A stretch of 64,000 nucleotides of DNA, from assembly GCF_006345805.1 (NCBI RefSeq), contig NC_043000.1:64108001-64172000 (forward strand), read 5' to 3'. The number at the start of each line of letters is the position of its first letter. Within the stretch, counting starts at the first letter, position 1. The stretch comes from Octopus sinensis. Taxonomy: Eukaryota. Made by a program: the position numbers and the translations under genes. Shown piece after piece: positions 23,078 through 35,000 of the stretch. The notes under the pieces are model-generated. The model searched no databases, had not been told where the DNA came from, and saw nothing but the letters and a program-made list of their open reading frames with translations.

Positions 23078-24410
23078 GTACTTCTTACATCTTGATCTCT
23101 GTATTTTATATTTATGTGTGCGTGATGAGCTTCTTTCTATTTTCATGTCCCAAATGCATTCACAATACTTTGGTGAGCCTTAGGCTTTAGTGAACATTTG
23201 TCCAAGATACTGTGCTGTGGGACTAAGCTCAGAACCATGTGGTAGCGGGTAATATGTACGTATATAAATATGTGTGTGTGTTTGTGTATGTGTTTATTTT
23301 CGTTCTCGTAATTTAGCCGTTCAGCAAGAGACTGTTCGAATTAGTACCAGACGTTAAAAAAAAACGTACTGGGGTCGATTTGATCATACAAAAAATATAA
23401 AACAAAACAAAATAAAGAATGTATTGTATCTCAGTTAGTAAACCACTTTTAAAATATCAATTACTTTAACTTTTTATTTTGATATTTGAGGTGCTGAGCT
23501 GGCAGGTCGTAAGCATGCCGGACGAAATACTTAGTGATATTTCTTCCAGCTTTACGTTCTGGGTTCAAATTCCGGCGACATTCACTTTGCCTTTCATCCT
23601 TTGCAGTCGATATAATAAATACCAGTGTTCTACTGGTATCGATGTAATTGATTGAACCTGTCTCCTAAAATTGCTGACATTGTGCCCAAATTTGAAACAA
23701 TTATTTATGATATTTATATGAATATGCCTAACAGTCTTTGCCTCAACCTCTAGTTTGTGAGTTCAAATCTTGCTAGCTTAATTCAGCTTTTCATTTATGT
23801 TCGAATGGTAAAATAAGTACCAGTAATATACCGTATTATTTTTCTAAAATATATACCAAGTCAAAAGAAATCGATACGTATCATATTTCTAAATAATATA
23901 TTGATTTTTTAAAATTGGTACAAGGCCACGGATTTATTGGAGAAGCGTGCATACGGGCAACCGAACTGGATTTAGTATATAACTGATTTGTAAATTATGT
24001 GACTGCAAATGGAAAAATATATTTTTTTTAAGTAATAAAGCATTTAAAAATGAACATCCCCTCTTTACGCACACACACATAGCACACAAAATTTGTAAGT
24101 CATGGACTGGAGTTTGTTTATGATTTTTAAAAGAGAATCAGTGAAATACATTTAATGAAGCTTTGTTTTCCCTGTTAACATATGTTGTGAGAGACAGGTT
24201 AACGGATTTGTAAACCAATACCTTCTCATTCATTATTAAGAAAGGCCATCGAGTAAGTTAAGTAAATTTGTGTGGTACACATCTTTGTAACTGTAGTTTT
24301 TGTACAGTAACGACATAAGGCGCAGGCGGCACTTTCCCCAACTTGATTTCCTCTATTTTTACTTATTTATTCATTCATTTATTTTTACTCCTTTCGACAC
24401 TCCTCAAATA

Positions 24411-24455
24411 CACGTGAAAAGTATTTCTGGGCGGAGCGACTGGTAGTGACGTCAC
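24411..24455 (+). promoter_or_regulatory. Probable prominin promoter: E-box, GC-box and palindromic CRE
   Basis: CACGTG 24411-24416, GGGCGG 24429-24434 and GTGACGTCAC 24446-24455 are clustered in a locally CpG-rich patch ~600 bp upstream of the prominin ATG. Confidence 0.55.
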
Positions 24456-24557
24456 AATTTCTAAAGGGAATCCTTGTTTTATTCTTCTTCATTTCATCGC
24501 TAGCAGAGCTAACGGCAGGTGCTTCTCTAGTAAATTATACACATACTACAAACAAAG
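24456..24557 (+). other. PROM1: Putative non-coding first exon of prominin (start uncertain)
   Basis: Donor candidates CAG|GTGCTT (24519) and AAG|GTAGCT (24558). The ATG exon has its own acceptor TTTATAG at 25002, implying an upstream exon. Confidence 0.4.
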
Positions 24558-24713
24558 GTAGCTAGTTACTCGTCTTTCTCTTGTAAAGTTTTAAACTTTT
24601 ATGTATATTCAAATTGTAACTTTTCGATTTTACTGAAGATTCCAGTTCATATACATATATATATGAATTGGAATATATAGATGCGTGTATGTATATTAAT
24701 TGGAATACATATC

Positions 24714-24744
<31 letters not shown>

Positions 24745-25047
24745 GTTGGAATATATATATGTGTGTGTGTATATATATATATAAGTTGGAATATATATTG
24801 TGTGTGTGTGTGTGTGTATATATATTTTATTAGAATACATATATATAACTCCCATTTTGCAAATATTCTGTCTTCCATATCCGTACAGTAAAAAACAAAT
24901 GACATAATTAACTAAAACAATGTTGATAAATAAAACATTTTTATATTATGTCTTTAATTTTAATTGGATTATTATTATTATTGTTATTATTATTATTTAT
25001 AGGTTTTAAATACAAGGATTTTATAATACATTCCATCTGGAAGAAAA

Positions 25048-25267
25048 ATGGAGAGAAAAGGAATAAAATCGGTTGCAGTTCCATGTTCCGTGTTATTGTT
25101 ATGGATCTTAATAGCTTTTTCACTTGTTGACCATTCATTCGCACAGAATTCTTCTCAACAGCATCGAAATGAGGAAAAATCCATGGAGAAAGGAATGAGT
25201 TTTCTCTTTATTATGACAAAACAGTTTCTGGAAGTTATACAACCTCATAAAATATATGAAAAATACG
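25048..25267 (+). CDS. PROM1: Prominin-like protein, first coding exon (signal peptide and N-terminal ectodomain)
   Basis: MERKGIKSVAVPCSVLLLWILIAFSLVDHSFA signal-like stretch and GMSFLFIMTKQFLEVIQP, resembling the prominin GM..L......FL..VQP motif. Donor G|GTAAGA, phase 1. The exon begins at 25003. Confidence 0.88.
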
Positions 25268-26284
25268 GTAAGATCCCACATTTTCATTTGTCGTGTCTTG
25301 TAAATAGAGTTATTATTGCCTAGCTGCGAAAATGATGCAAAGCACGGCCGCCTTATTTTATTATCAGTTTTAAAATACTCAAATACTTTAAATGCAAATA
25401 AGAAATATAACTGTACTAAACGAACAAAAGGAATGGAAGAAACCCAGTTATTAATACCGTTACCGAAGTTAATAATTTGATTCGACAATGTTTCAAATTC
25501 ACACGCAGCTATTTATGTTATAAATACTACAACCCCTCAATAATCAGTCCTAGTGAATACCATGGCTGCTTCCAAATTGTTTTCATTATTTTTACCCGCT
25601 AAATCAAGCCTTTAGTTGTCCTAAGTTGTGTTGTAAATATTTAATAATATGTTCTTGGAAGAACAGCATATTTGTTGTACATCGCCTTGTATTGCTGTGA
25701 TGTATATATTTTCATGTAGCTGTACACACACAACGACTACAATCTGTTCTGCATAACGGTAAACCTGAGAGTTTTAGGATACAGAATTATATCATGCTGT
25801 TTGAATATTTTTAGCAGTTATCTTCGTGTAATTGACTTATCATATTACATTCGACCTGAGCGACATACACACACGTATACACCCACCCACATGCACACAC
25901 TCTTTGGCAGATGGCTGACATTGTTTGTTTACTTTGGAATATGCAATATACCGAACACTCCCCACCTTCCGTCACTCTTCCTTTTCTTCGATTACTTTCT
26001 CTACTTCAAATTCAACAGCTATGCCATCGGATCGATCGATCTAGCTTCTTGTAGATATACTATCCTGTAATTACTGAGGAATCAACAACATTGCACCAAC
26101 GAACCAACCAATTTTCATTCTCGCAGCAGGCGAAGGAAATCATTAATCATTAGTCTATATTTTACTTCCATTTGTCTTATTTGTCGCTTTGACGAGAAAT
26201 GTTTCATCTTTCTTCCTGTATTTCTGTGAGAAATATATCTTCATTCCAACACCTGCAAACATTCTAGAATCGAATTTCCTTTCC

Positions 26285-26490
26285 TTTTTAGTTGTTTAGC
26301 CATCACCCCCCCCCCACCCAAGTCGGCTCTGATCGATTACTCCTGTTATCAAAAGCATTCCAACCGTGATCATCTCACCTTTTTTAGCTTTAGAGCACTC
26401 GGATTCGCACCGGCCGATGTTTCCTTACATAAATGGTAGTGTTATTTAGAGTATGTTTGGCTGATATTTCTAGTAATTTTGTCGTCCGTG
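26285..26490 (-). mobile_element. Headless SINE-like repeat family with (CAA)n-type tail
   Basis: TTTAGCC...CTGATCG...AAAGCATTCCA...GGCTGATATTTCTAG. Relatives at ~6980-7180, 8110-8290, 18080-18270, 30830-31015, 43505-43720 and 62020-62190. Orientation inferred from the tail. Confidence 0.6.
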
Positions 26491-26737
26491 TAAGAGATTC
26501 CGCTGTTTTGCTTGTTATCCTTTTTAGTTTATTGTGCACGTTCGCATGTATTTGGCTCAGAAATATAGAAACGGATTCTCTCAGTTCAAAATGAAACGTT
26601 TATTGGTTCACACAATTCGTCTTAACGTGCATATATTAAAAATTCTTTGTTTCCACTTATTTTAAATAAAAATAACTTCAGTCTCTTATTAGTTGGTGAC
26701 CATCCTGAGCTAATAAATGCTTCGATTGATACACATA

Positions 26738-26848
<111 letters not shown>

Positions 26849-27076
26849 ACACACACTTTTATCTTTTATTCTTTTACTTGTTTCAGTCATTTGACTGTGG
26901 CAATAGTGGAGTACCGCCTTTAGTTGAACAAATTTATTCTTTGTAAGTCTAGTATTTATTCTATCGATCTCTTTTGCTGAAACGCTAAGTTACGGGGAGG
27001 TATATACTCCACCATCAGTTGTCAAGCAATGGTGGGGAGGACAAATACCAACACACAAACATATATATATAATATA

Positions 27077-27792
27077 CTAGCAGTAATACCTGTCTTTGAT
27101 CAGGTAATTACATTTACTGTTTCTCGGGCTGAGAAGCTAGAAAAATAGGTTATATCATACGGAAGAATAGCTTTATGGAATCCAGGTGACTGCAATGGCA
27201 CTGAAAAGGATACGGGTCAAGTGGAACATCCATTTGTCACTGTTCTTTTTGACGTTTGAATAGGTGGTATGCCAAAGGAGAATTGAAAGATTGAGTTTCA
27301 AATCTGAACCAGGGTGAGACTTCGCTACAGACTTAGGTTTACTCGTTCTGTATGTGTGTATTATATAAGAGAAAAACATATAATAATTGAGCAGGAAAAG
27401 ATGGATTTCATTTACGAACTTCTGTTTGTTCATTAAGTTGCAGTCCAGCAACTTTTAGTGTTTGGTCCTGAGTTTTATTAATGCTTACAGCAAAAGAAAG
27501 TGGGATAGGAAACTGTAATGGCTCAAATTGGAATGAGACATTAGATGGTATAACTGGTATGCGAGGAAAGAAGACAGTGTCATCTTTACCACAACCAGTG
27601 AGAATGTTTGCCTCAGTGCAGCTTCTCATAAGTTTGTGCACAATTAGTGTTGTACCATTGCATAATTTTTGTTGAAACAAATTAGGCAATAGCATCATAG
27701 CTTCCCTTGAACCATTTACTTTCATTTTGGTGGACAAAAAAAAAATGAACAAACACACAAATGGACAGAATATCTCTTTTATATATATATGA
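27077..27792 (-). mobile_element. Short non-autonomous Helitron with both termini and a PIF1-type helicase fragment
   Basis: ORF 27408-27758(-) has MLLPNL...LCNGT.L...PRIPVIP...QFPIPLSFAVSINKTQDQTL (Helitron helicase motifs). 5' TC at 27792-27791; 3' hairpin TACCTG/CAGGTA (27087-27106), then CTAG|T at 27080-27076. Confidence 0.9.
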
Positions 27793-27830
27793 GAGAGAGA
27801 GAGTGTATGACAGTTTTCTTGTTCTGTGAT

Positions 27831-28125
27831 AGCAGGCCCCTCATCTGGGATTCCACATGTTGTGACACCTACTACAATCTACTGTGTTCAACTGCCAACC
27901 TTCTTTGCTGCTCGTCAGGCTGAAAAGAGCAAACTGTTAGAGTGCCTGCCACTGTCTGACAGATTTGTGGGCAACCCTCTGGCAATCGAGACTTCCAGCA
28001 TTCTTGCCCCCTCCACCAGACTACATCTCTGCTCATTGCTATCAGGGCACAGAGATGACTATTTGCAAGTGTAAGACTCGTGAGTCAGAGTGGTTTGTTC
28101 CAGTGCATCTCCTTGGAGCAGTGCT
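27831..28125 (+). mobile_element. CRE-type non-LTR retrotransposon fragment (restriction-like endonuclease domain)
   Basis: Across frameshifts: PLIWDSTCCDTY, AARQAEKSK, PLAIETSSILAP and TRESEWF/QCISL. These match the LVWD.TC.DT / A.ET.G / RE..WL.QRIS pattern of CRE-clade REL domains. Confidence 0.7.
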
Positions 28126-28439
28126 TTTTCCATTTTGTCCACCAGGAACATGAGGCAGACTGACAAGTCTTTCTAGTTATAGCCATTGTATCTCTCAAGA
28201 CCGCATGTATCTTGAATGTTTAATTAATTTCAGTTGTATTTGTTTGTTGTTGATGTAACAATTCACTGTTGATTTGTTAAGATTCCTAGTTTCAGTATAG
28301 ACAAAAGTTTTGAAACTATCAGATTTGCTGATTGAAAAATCAGCTATGAGTTGAATTTTGATAAGGAATCCAATTTTGTGTGTGTGTTGTCTAAGTATCT
28401 TGTGGCCATATTCATGAGTGATGGAAGCAGGAAGCTGAA

Positions 28440-28810
28440 TTGGATGTTAGAATTATAGATGCTGGCACCATAATGCACCAGCTTTCTCTCTTCAGAAGAG
28501 AAGAGGCTGAGAAAAAAAAACCCCAAAAAAACTTAATATCTTCAATTCAGTTTCCATGTCTATCCTTGCCTCTACTCATGGATGTTGGGTAATGACCGAA
28601 AGAATACAATCGCAAATACAGGCAGCCAAAATGGGATTCCTCTGAAAGATTGTAGAAAAACATTACTTAATAGGATGTGTAGCTTGGAGATCAAGGAGTC
28701 TCTCCAGGTTGAGCTACTTCTCTACATTGAGAGATTATAGTACTATGAACATGTGATTAGAATGCCACAGGAAAGAATCTCAAAACAGCTGTAGACCAAG
28801 AATGAAATGG
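28440..28810 (+). mobile_element. RTE LINE C-terminal fragment (different subfamily)
   Basis: HGCWVMTERIQSQIQAAKMGFL*KI and EHVIRMPQERISKQL, with stops. Confidence 0.8.
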
Positions 28811-28965
28811 TTAGATAATATCTTTAGTCTCAGCTGATCACACTTGAAAATACAACTGGAAAATGTAATGACTGTTGCTTCTGATAGGAGCCTATAGAGG
28901 AGGTGTCTGGTGATTCTTTACTCACCTCCAGGAATAGTGGGCAGAGGAGATTTATAATCACTGAG

Positions 28966-29185
28966 AATATTGGTTTCAAATTTTGGCACCAGGCCAGCAT
29001 TTTCTGGTGAGAAGCTAAGTTGATTACATTGACCCCCAATGCTCAACTGGCACTTATTTTATCATCTCTGAAAGGATGAAAGGCAAAGCCAACTTCAGCA
29101 GAATTTGAACTCAGAATATAAAGACAGATGAAATGTTGCTAAGCATTTTGCCCGGCATGCTAACAGTTCTGCCAGCTTACTGCCT
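28966..29185 (-). mobile_element. Meta-core SINE with 11-bp target-site duplication
   Basis: TAATCACTGAG at 28955-28965 and 29186-29196. Confidence 0.9.
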
Positions 29186-29769
29186 TAATCACTGAGGGTA
29201 TTGCAGGCAAGGAAATGGTTAAGTGAGTGGTGCAGAAATAAATTAAATTCAATGAATTGGTAAAACAAAAATGAAAAAATTGTTGTTTAGCTTCAGGTCC
29301 AAATAAACTTACAATCAAAAGGTAGATTTGACCAACCTATCATTTTAGGGATACTTTTTTTAAAGCAGTGGGTGTATGATTTAAGGGAAATTGACTATTT
29401 CTAGCAGGCCAAACAACCATGTAAATGCTCTATCATTGTCTCTGTCAAGTTTATAATAGTGACAAGATGGTAACTTTATAATTAAAATAATTAAGGAAAA
29501 TTTATTTCAGTACTAACTACAACTACATCCATCAAATACCTTGTAATTAGAGTTTATAATTGTCTACTCTAGAAATGATCTTCCTCAGTGACAATCTCTC
29601 ATGGGCTGACATTCAGTTTGTTTTGTTTTGTTTTCTCAGTCAACATTTTAGTAATTGCTAAGGAAACTGAAGGTATTTGGAGTAGTAGTAATTTTCTTAT
29701 TCACTGTGTTGATGTGATGTGTGTGTATGTATAACGGTAGTGGTTGAATATATTCTTAAGTTCAACACC

Positions 29770-30005
29770 GAAAACACCATCCGAGCGTGGCCGTCTGCCA
29801 GCCTCGTCTGGCACCTGTGTCGGTGGCACATAAAATCACCCACTACACTCTCGGAGTGGTTGACGTTAGGAAGGGCATCCAGCTGTAGAAACACTACCAG
29901 ATCTGACTGGCCTGGTGCAGCCTTCGGGCTTGCCAGACCCCAGTTGAACCGTCCAACCCATGCTAGCATAGAAAGCAGACGTTAAACGATGATGATGATG
30001 ATGAT
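29770..30005 (+). mobile_element. GC-rich SINE-like element with RTE-type (GAT)n tail
   Basis: Ends AACCCATGCTAGCATAGAAAGCAGACGTTAAACGATGATGATG. Its 5' unit occurs tandemly and inverted at 22711-22850. Confidence 0.8.
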
Positions 30006-31520
30006 TTCATCAATCGCAGCAGCTTCCATGCTTCACCACTAATTCAGTTCTCAACTAAATTGCAAACTGTTAATAGTTTTATAGAGGACAGCTCCTCAGC
30101 TACACTTTGGCATAAATAGTTTGAGATTTGGTTCAGTAGAAAAAAAGTTACATCAAAATATGTCATACCTCAAGTTGGGCAGTAAGGCAGGTATTCATCT
30201 TCAATTAACAATAAATTTTTTAATTTTAAAATAAAAGTATAGGCTTAAATGATAGAAAAATGTATGAGGAATTCAGAATCATTAGTCACATTGAACAAAA
30301 ATTAGTAGAAAAATAGTTATGAGGTAAAATGTCATGAAATGGGAAAATAAGAAAGGAAGTAATGCCTCAAGCAATAAGAATATATTTCTAAAATGAATGT
30401 TTACATTCTGAGGCAGCGAGCTGTCAGAAACATCAGCACGCTGAACAAAATGCTTAGTGGTATTTCGTCTATCTTTACGTTTTGAGTTCAAATTCTGCCA
30501 AGGTCGACTTTGCTTTTTATTCATTTCAGATCTATTCAATTTGACGTACAGATTATTTAATTAATTTTTTTTAACTAAACACTTTGAAACTTCCAATACT
30601 GGTAGAATGTGTCACATAGAACAGGGTTTGCTCTTAATGTTTTTGACAAAATTTTGTATTTTAGAAGTTATTTCATCAAAAGTTACAGAGTGACAATGGA
30701 CAAATTCATATTTCATAAGTACCAATACATGAAACTCCAGCTTTTGACTTACTCTCTAACTTCTGTTGATATTTTTTTACACATATTACATATGTGAAAA
30801 AAATCTCATCACGCAATCAAACCAATAAAAGAGTCTCTACCTGGTCACTCAACACGCTAAAAATAGCAGCCAAAATATTCTCCTACCTAAATCACATGCC
30901 CATTGCACATAATGTCCTAGATTATCCCTAAAAAGACGTTTTGCTGAGGGCTGGAATGTCTCTGATGATAGTTTTGCAGTATCAGGGTTGATTTGAGGCT
31001 AAATAACAACAACATTATGGTAAATTTCTATATTAACATTCGCACGAGTTTCGCTAAGAAAAAAAAAAAAATTTCATTTTTTGCATGGAATCAAGTACAC
31101 TGACCTCCTAATATGCTGCAAATCCCTTATTTTGGTTTGAAAAAATTTTGCTCAATCCCAGAATCATTGGAATTTTTTTTTTTTCATTGAATGAATTCCT
31201 GTGACCTCCTAATATTGCAAAATTTGGTTACTTAAGGTGGTAACTGATGGTTTTGGGGTCTTGTTTTTCACTTTTGTTGAACCATGGTGCAACCAACAGC
31301 ATGGTAAAAATCCCTGCCATTAATTTGGTATGAATGGATAATATCAAATAATTCAATCACAACATATGTTTAAATTAAACATAAAAAAAATTGAAATATT
31401 ATCATCACTTACATGGAAAAATTGAAATATCTTTCAGTATTTTATAAGGTAAAATCTTAAATTATTAATTGACACTTTATTAATTATCTTATAACAGCAA
31501 TGCCTGGAAAAATCATGGAC

Positions 31521-32016
31521 TACATGGTAAAATGTGAGCATGCAAAGTAATATAAAAATGCGAGCATGAAAAGATTATAAACCTGTAAAAGTATAGGACA
31601 AGCTATTCTAGTAAAGTAAAGAATAAGAAACTTTTTACTTAAAATATTGCAGCTAAAATTAAAATTTGAATATTAAAACTTATTTTATTATAGTTTACAA
31701 ATAACACTATACTTATTTAAGTAGAATTTGGCTAATTTACTACCTTAAATACAGTAAAAAGTGACTAATTAGACAAACTTACAAATTAGCTGAACAGTTT
31801 TGAACAATAAATTTAAAAGATGAAAACCATAAAGACTGATAAATTAGAAGAACTGGCAATCTTTGCTGCAATATTTTAAGTAAAAAGTTTCTTATTCTTT
31901 ACTTTACTAGAAGTAATAGCCTGTCCTATACTTTTACAGGTGTAATAACTTGTCCTGTTCTTTTCCAGGTTTATAATCTTAAGAATATTACTTTTCATGC
32001 TTGCACTTTCCATGTA
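31521..32016. mobile_element. MITE/foldback element with ~140-bp TIRs and TA flanks
   Basis: 31521-31660 and 31861-32016 are inverted copies (e.g. AATAAGAAACTTTTTACTTAAAATATTGCAGC and its reverse complement). Ends TA|CATGG...CCATG|TA. Confidence 0.8.
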
Positions 32017-35000
32017 ATATATATACATATATACACATACACACTGCCATCATCCTTTAACATCCATTTTCCATGCTGGACGGTTTAACCAGAACTGGCA
32101 AGCCAGAGAGCTGCATGAGATTCCAGTCTGATTTGGCTTGGTTTCTACAGCTGAATGCTCATCCGAGTGCCAGTCATTTAATAGTACATGCTGGGTGCTT
32201 TTAATGCGACACTAGTACAGGACTCTTGCAAGCCAATCCTCTTCACCAGATGTGGCTTTAACACTTTTACTGTGAGGGACGGATTTATATATCTTACCTT
32301 TTACTTGTTTTGGTCATTTGACTGAGACCATACTGGGGGCATCACCTTGAAGGGTTTTTAATTGAACAAATCAACTCAGGACTTATTTATTTAAAAGCCT
32401 GCTATCTGTTCTGTCTGTCTCTTTTGCCAAAAGTTATAGGGACATAAACACACCAACAGCAGTTGTCAAGCGATGGTGGGGGACAAACACAAAGACACAT
32501 ATGCATAGATATATACATGTCTCTCTGTTAACAATTTTTTCTACTTTGTAAGGGTAATTTACCCAAGATTTCTGCTGTTCTAACAGCCTTTCTGCATTAA
32601 AAAAAAAGCTCATTTAATTTGTGTCATACAATACACATTTTCGTCACTTATAAAAAACAAATGTTAGTTTGTTTATATATATATATATATATGCACACAC
32701 ACACATGGCAGACTTCTTTCAGTTTCTGTCTACCAAATCTATTCACAAGGCTTTGGTCTATAGTAGAAGACATTTGCCCAAGGTGCCATGCAGTGGGATT
32801 GAACTCAGAACCATATAATTGAGAAGCAAGCTTCTTACTACACAGCCATGCCAAATCTTTGTCTGAGAATTATGTCTCATGTTTTCCGCATGAATATATG
32901 TTTTAACTCCCATCCTATAATGAAACATGTGTAATATGGAATTCAAAATATACCAAATTTTCCTGTCTTTGTTTCAATATATATATTAAGACACAACACA
33001 CACCCATGCATACATCACATAAATACATTCATTAAAACCATTACTACTACTTCACACAACTTCAGTTTCATTAACAATTGTTAAAACATGTTGAAAGAAA
33101 ATATATATGTGTGTGTGTGTGTGATAGTTGTAAATGAATGTCACCATCACGCAAGTTGTGTTCTTTATTTTCAATCTTCTGTGAAAACATGTCTGGTCAT
33201 GGGGAATGTTGCCATACTTGGAAACAGATGAGGGTTTGCAACAGGAAGGGTATCCATCTGTAGGGGATCTGCCTCAACCAATTCTGTTCAATCCATGCAA
33301 GCATGGAAAAGTAGATATTAAATTATGAATTTGATGTTGGAGGAGTATAGATAAGATACTCAACTTAGTAATGTCAAAACATTAAGCAACTTTGAAATAT
33401 ATGGCACTCAACATGAAACCTATGGTACCCAGCTTGGTAGCCTTGGAACATGTAGCACTTGGTTTGGTAATCATGAAACAAGTAACACCTGGGTTGGCCC
33501 CTCTGAAACATGTGGCTCTCATCTCAACTGTCACAAAATTTGGGTACATAACAGACACTTAAGTTCACTCCTGTACACCTTATAGTACTCTGCAACATTC
33601 TTGAATACTGAAATGTCAATTATTTGTTTTAGAAAGTTGTGTTGCTCAGTTTTATTATTGATAAGTTTGTATCATTTCCTTCAGTCTATGAATTGTGATG
33701 TTATAACTAATAGCTGCTATCTGTGACTGTAATGTATGTGGTGCTATTTAGATCTAGGTAAGCCACAATTAGGTAACCAGATTATGATGAAAGGAGTTCT
33801 ATCCCTGATTAGCTCATCACTGTATCATTGTGATTACATTGCCCAATGTATTTTTTATTGTAAGAAGGTTGGTTTTGATCTGAAGATGATTTGGCTGTTA
33901 TTTCTCACAATTCAAGCAACCCTGTTGAGGCTCAATGTACTGTATGTTTAGCAACAGTATGTATGGTATATCTACAAAGCAGTGTGTTTGTAACATTAAT
34001 TAAATGTATGCCATGCTTAGGTTATAGTGTAAGTATTTTATAGTTGGGGAAAATGCTTTAATGTGATATGATGTGTCATGTCAGTACCTTGTTTCATTCC
34101 ACTTAATTATGTTCTGAACATTTATCAAAATTACTGACTAACAAAACCTTATTATAGAAAAAGCTTGTGTAGATGTTAGTGGTGTAAAGATGTCAGTACA
34201 AGAATTACTCAAGAAATGTTTAACCCTTAAGAAACTAATCTATTTGACATGGCCCTGGTTTTGTCATATAAAACTTCTTGGTTTAAAGTGTTTATATTTA
34301 GATGGAACATTCCATCATAATTATATACAAGTACTGTTGTTCCAAACACTAGCTTAATAATGGAAAGAAGTTATTGTACTAAATTCTAAATAGTTCTTTA
34401 TTATTTTTGAAATTAACTGAAATGAATTAACCATGTATTTTATTAGCAATTCGGTTACAAAATGATTAATAAAGAGTATAAAAAGAAAAGCTGATGATAG
34501 TTTTTAACTATCATTACTACTTGTTCTTGTCGGGGAACTAGATGAGCCTACCTCTAACTTTCTTAGATTGATGTATCCGATAATGCATGTTTATAGAAAA
34601 TATGCCTTCTATATTTTGACATAAGTAGTTTGGGTTGCTAGTATAATGGGAACACAGTATAGCCATTAAAACAAATGAGAATTCTGTGAGAAAGGAAATA
34701 TATTTTGTCTTTTTTTCTCTCTTTTGGAGGGGGAACATTGCAGAATGACAGGATATTATTCAATTTAGATTTTGATAAGCATTTCTACTGTTTGGCTTTC
34801 ACATAGAACCAATTAGTAGTTTTTATGATATTGATGAGTGTTGCAGTTGGCTGACTCGTTAAACTGTCATCCTGTCAGCTTCAAATTTCGAGGGTTTATA
34901 TCCTGCCACTGATACTGTGTTGTATCTGTAATACTGTATTGGAGCCCTGATAAAGATAATTAACTTTCAATGGGCATCTCAGTCTACCTGACTGCTTGCT

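Noticed and set aside
25135-25488. 117-aa minus-strand ORF overlapping prominin exon 1
   Set aside because: Antisense shadow of a real exon plus AT-rich intron, with no recognisable motif.
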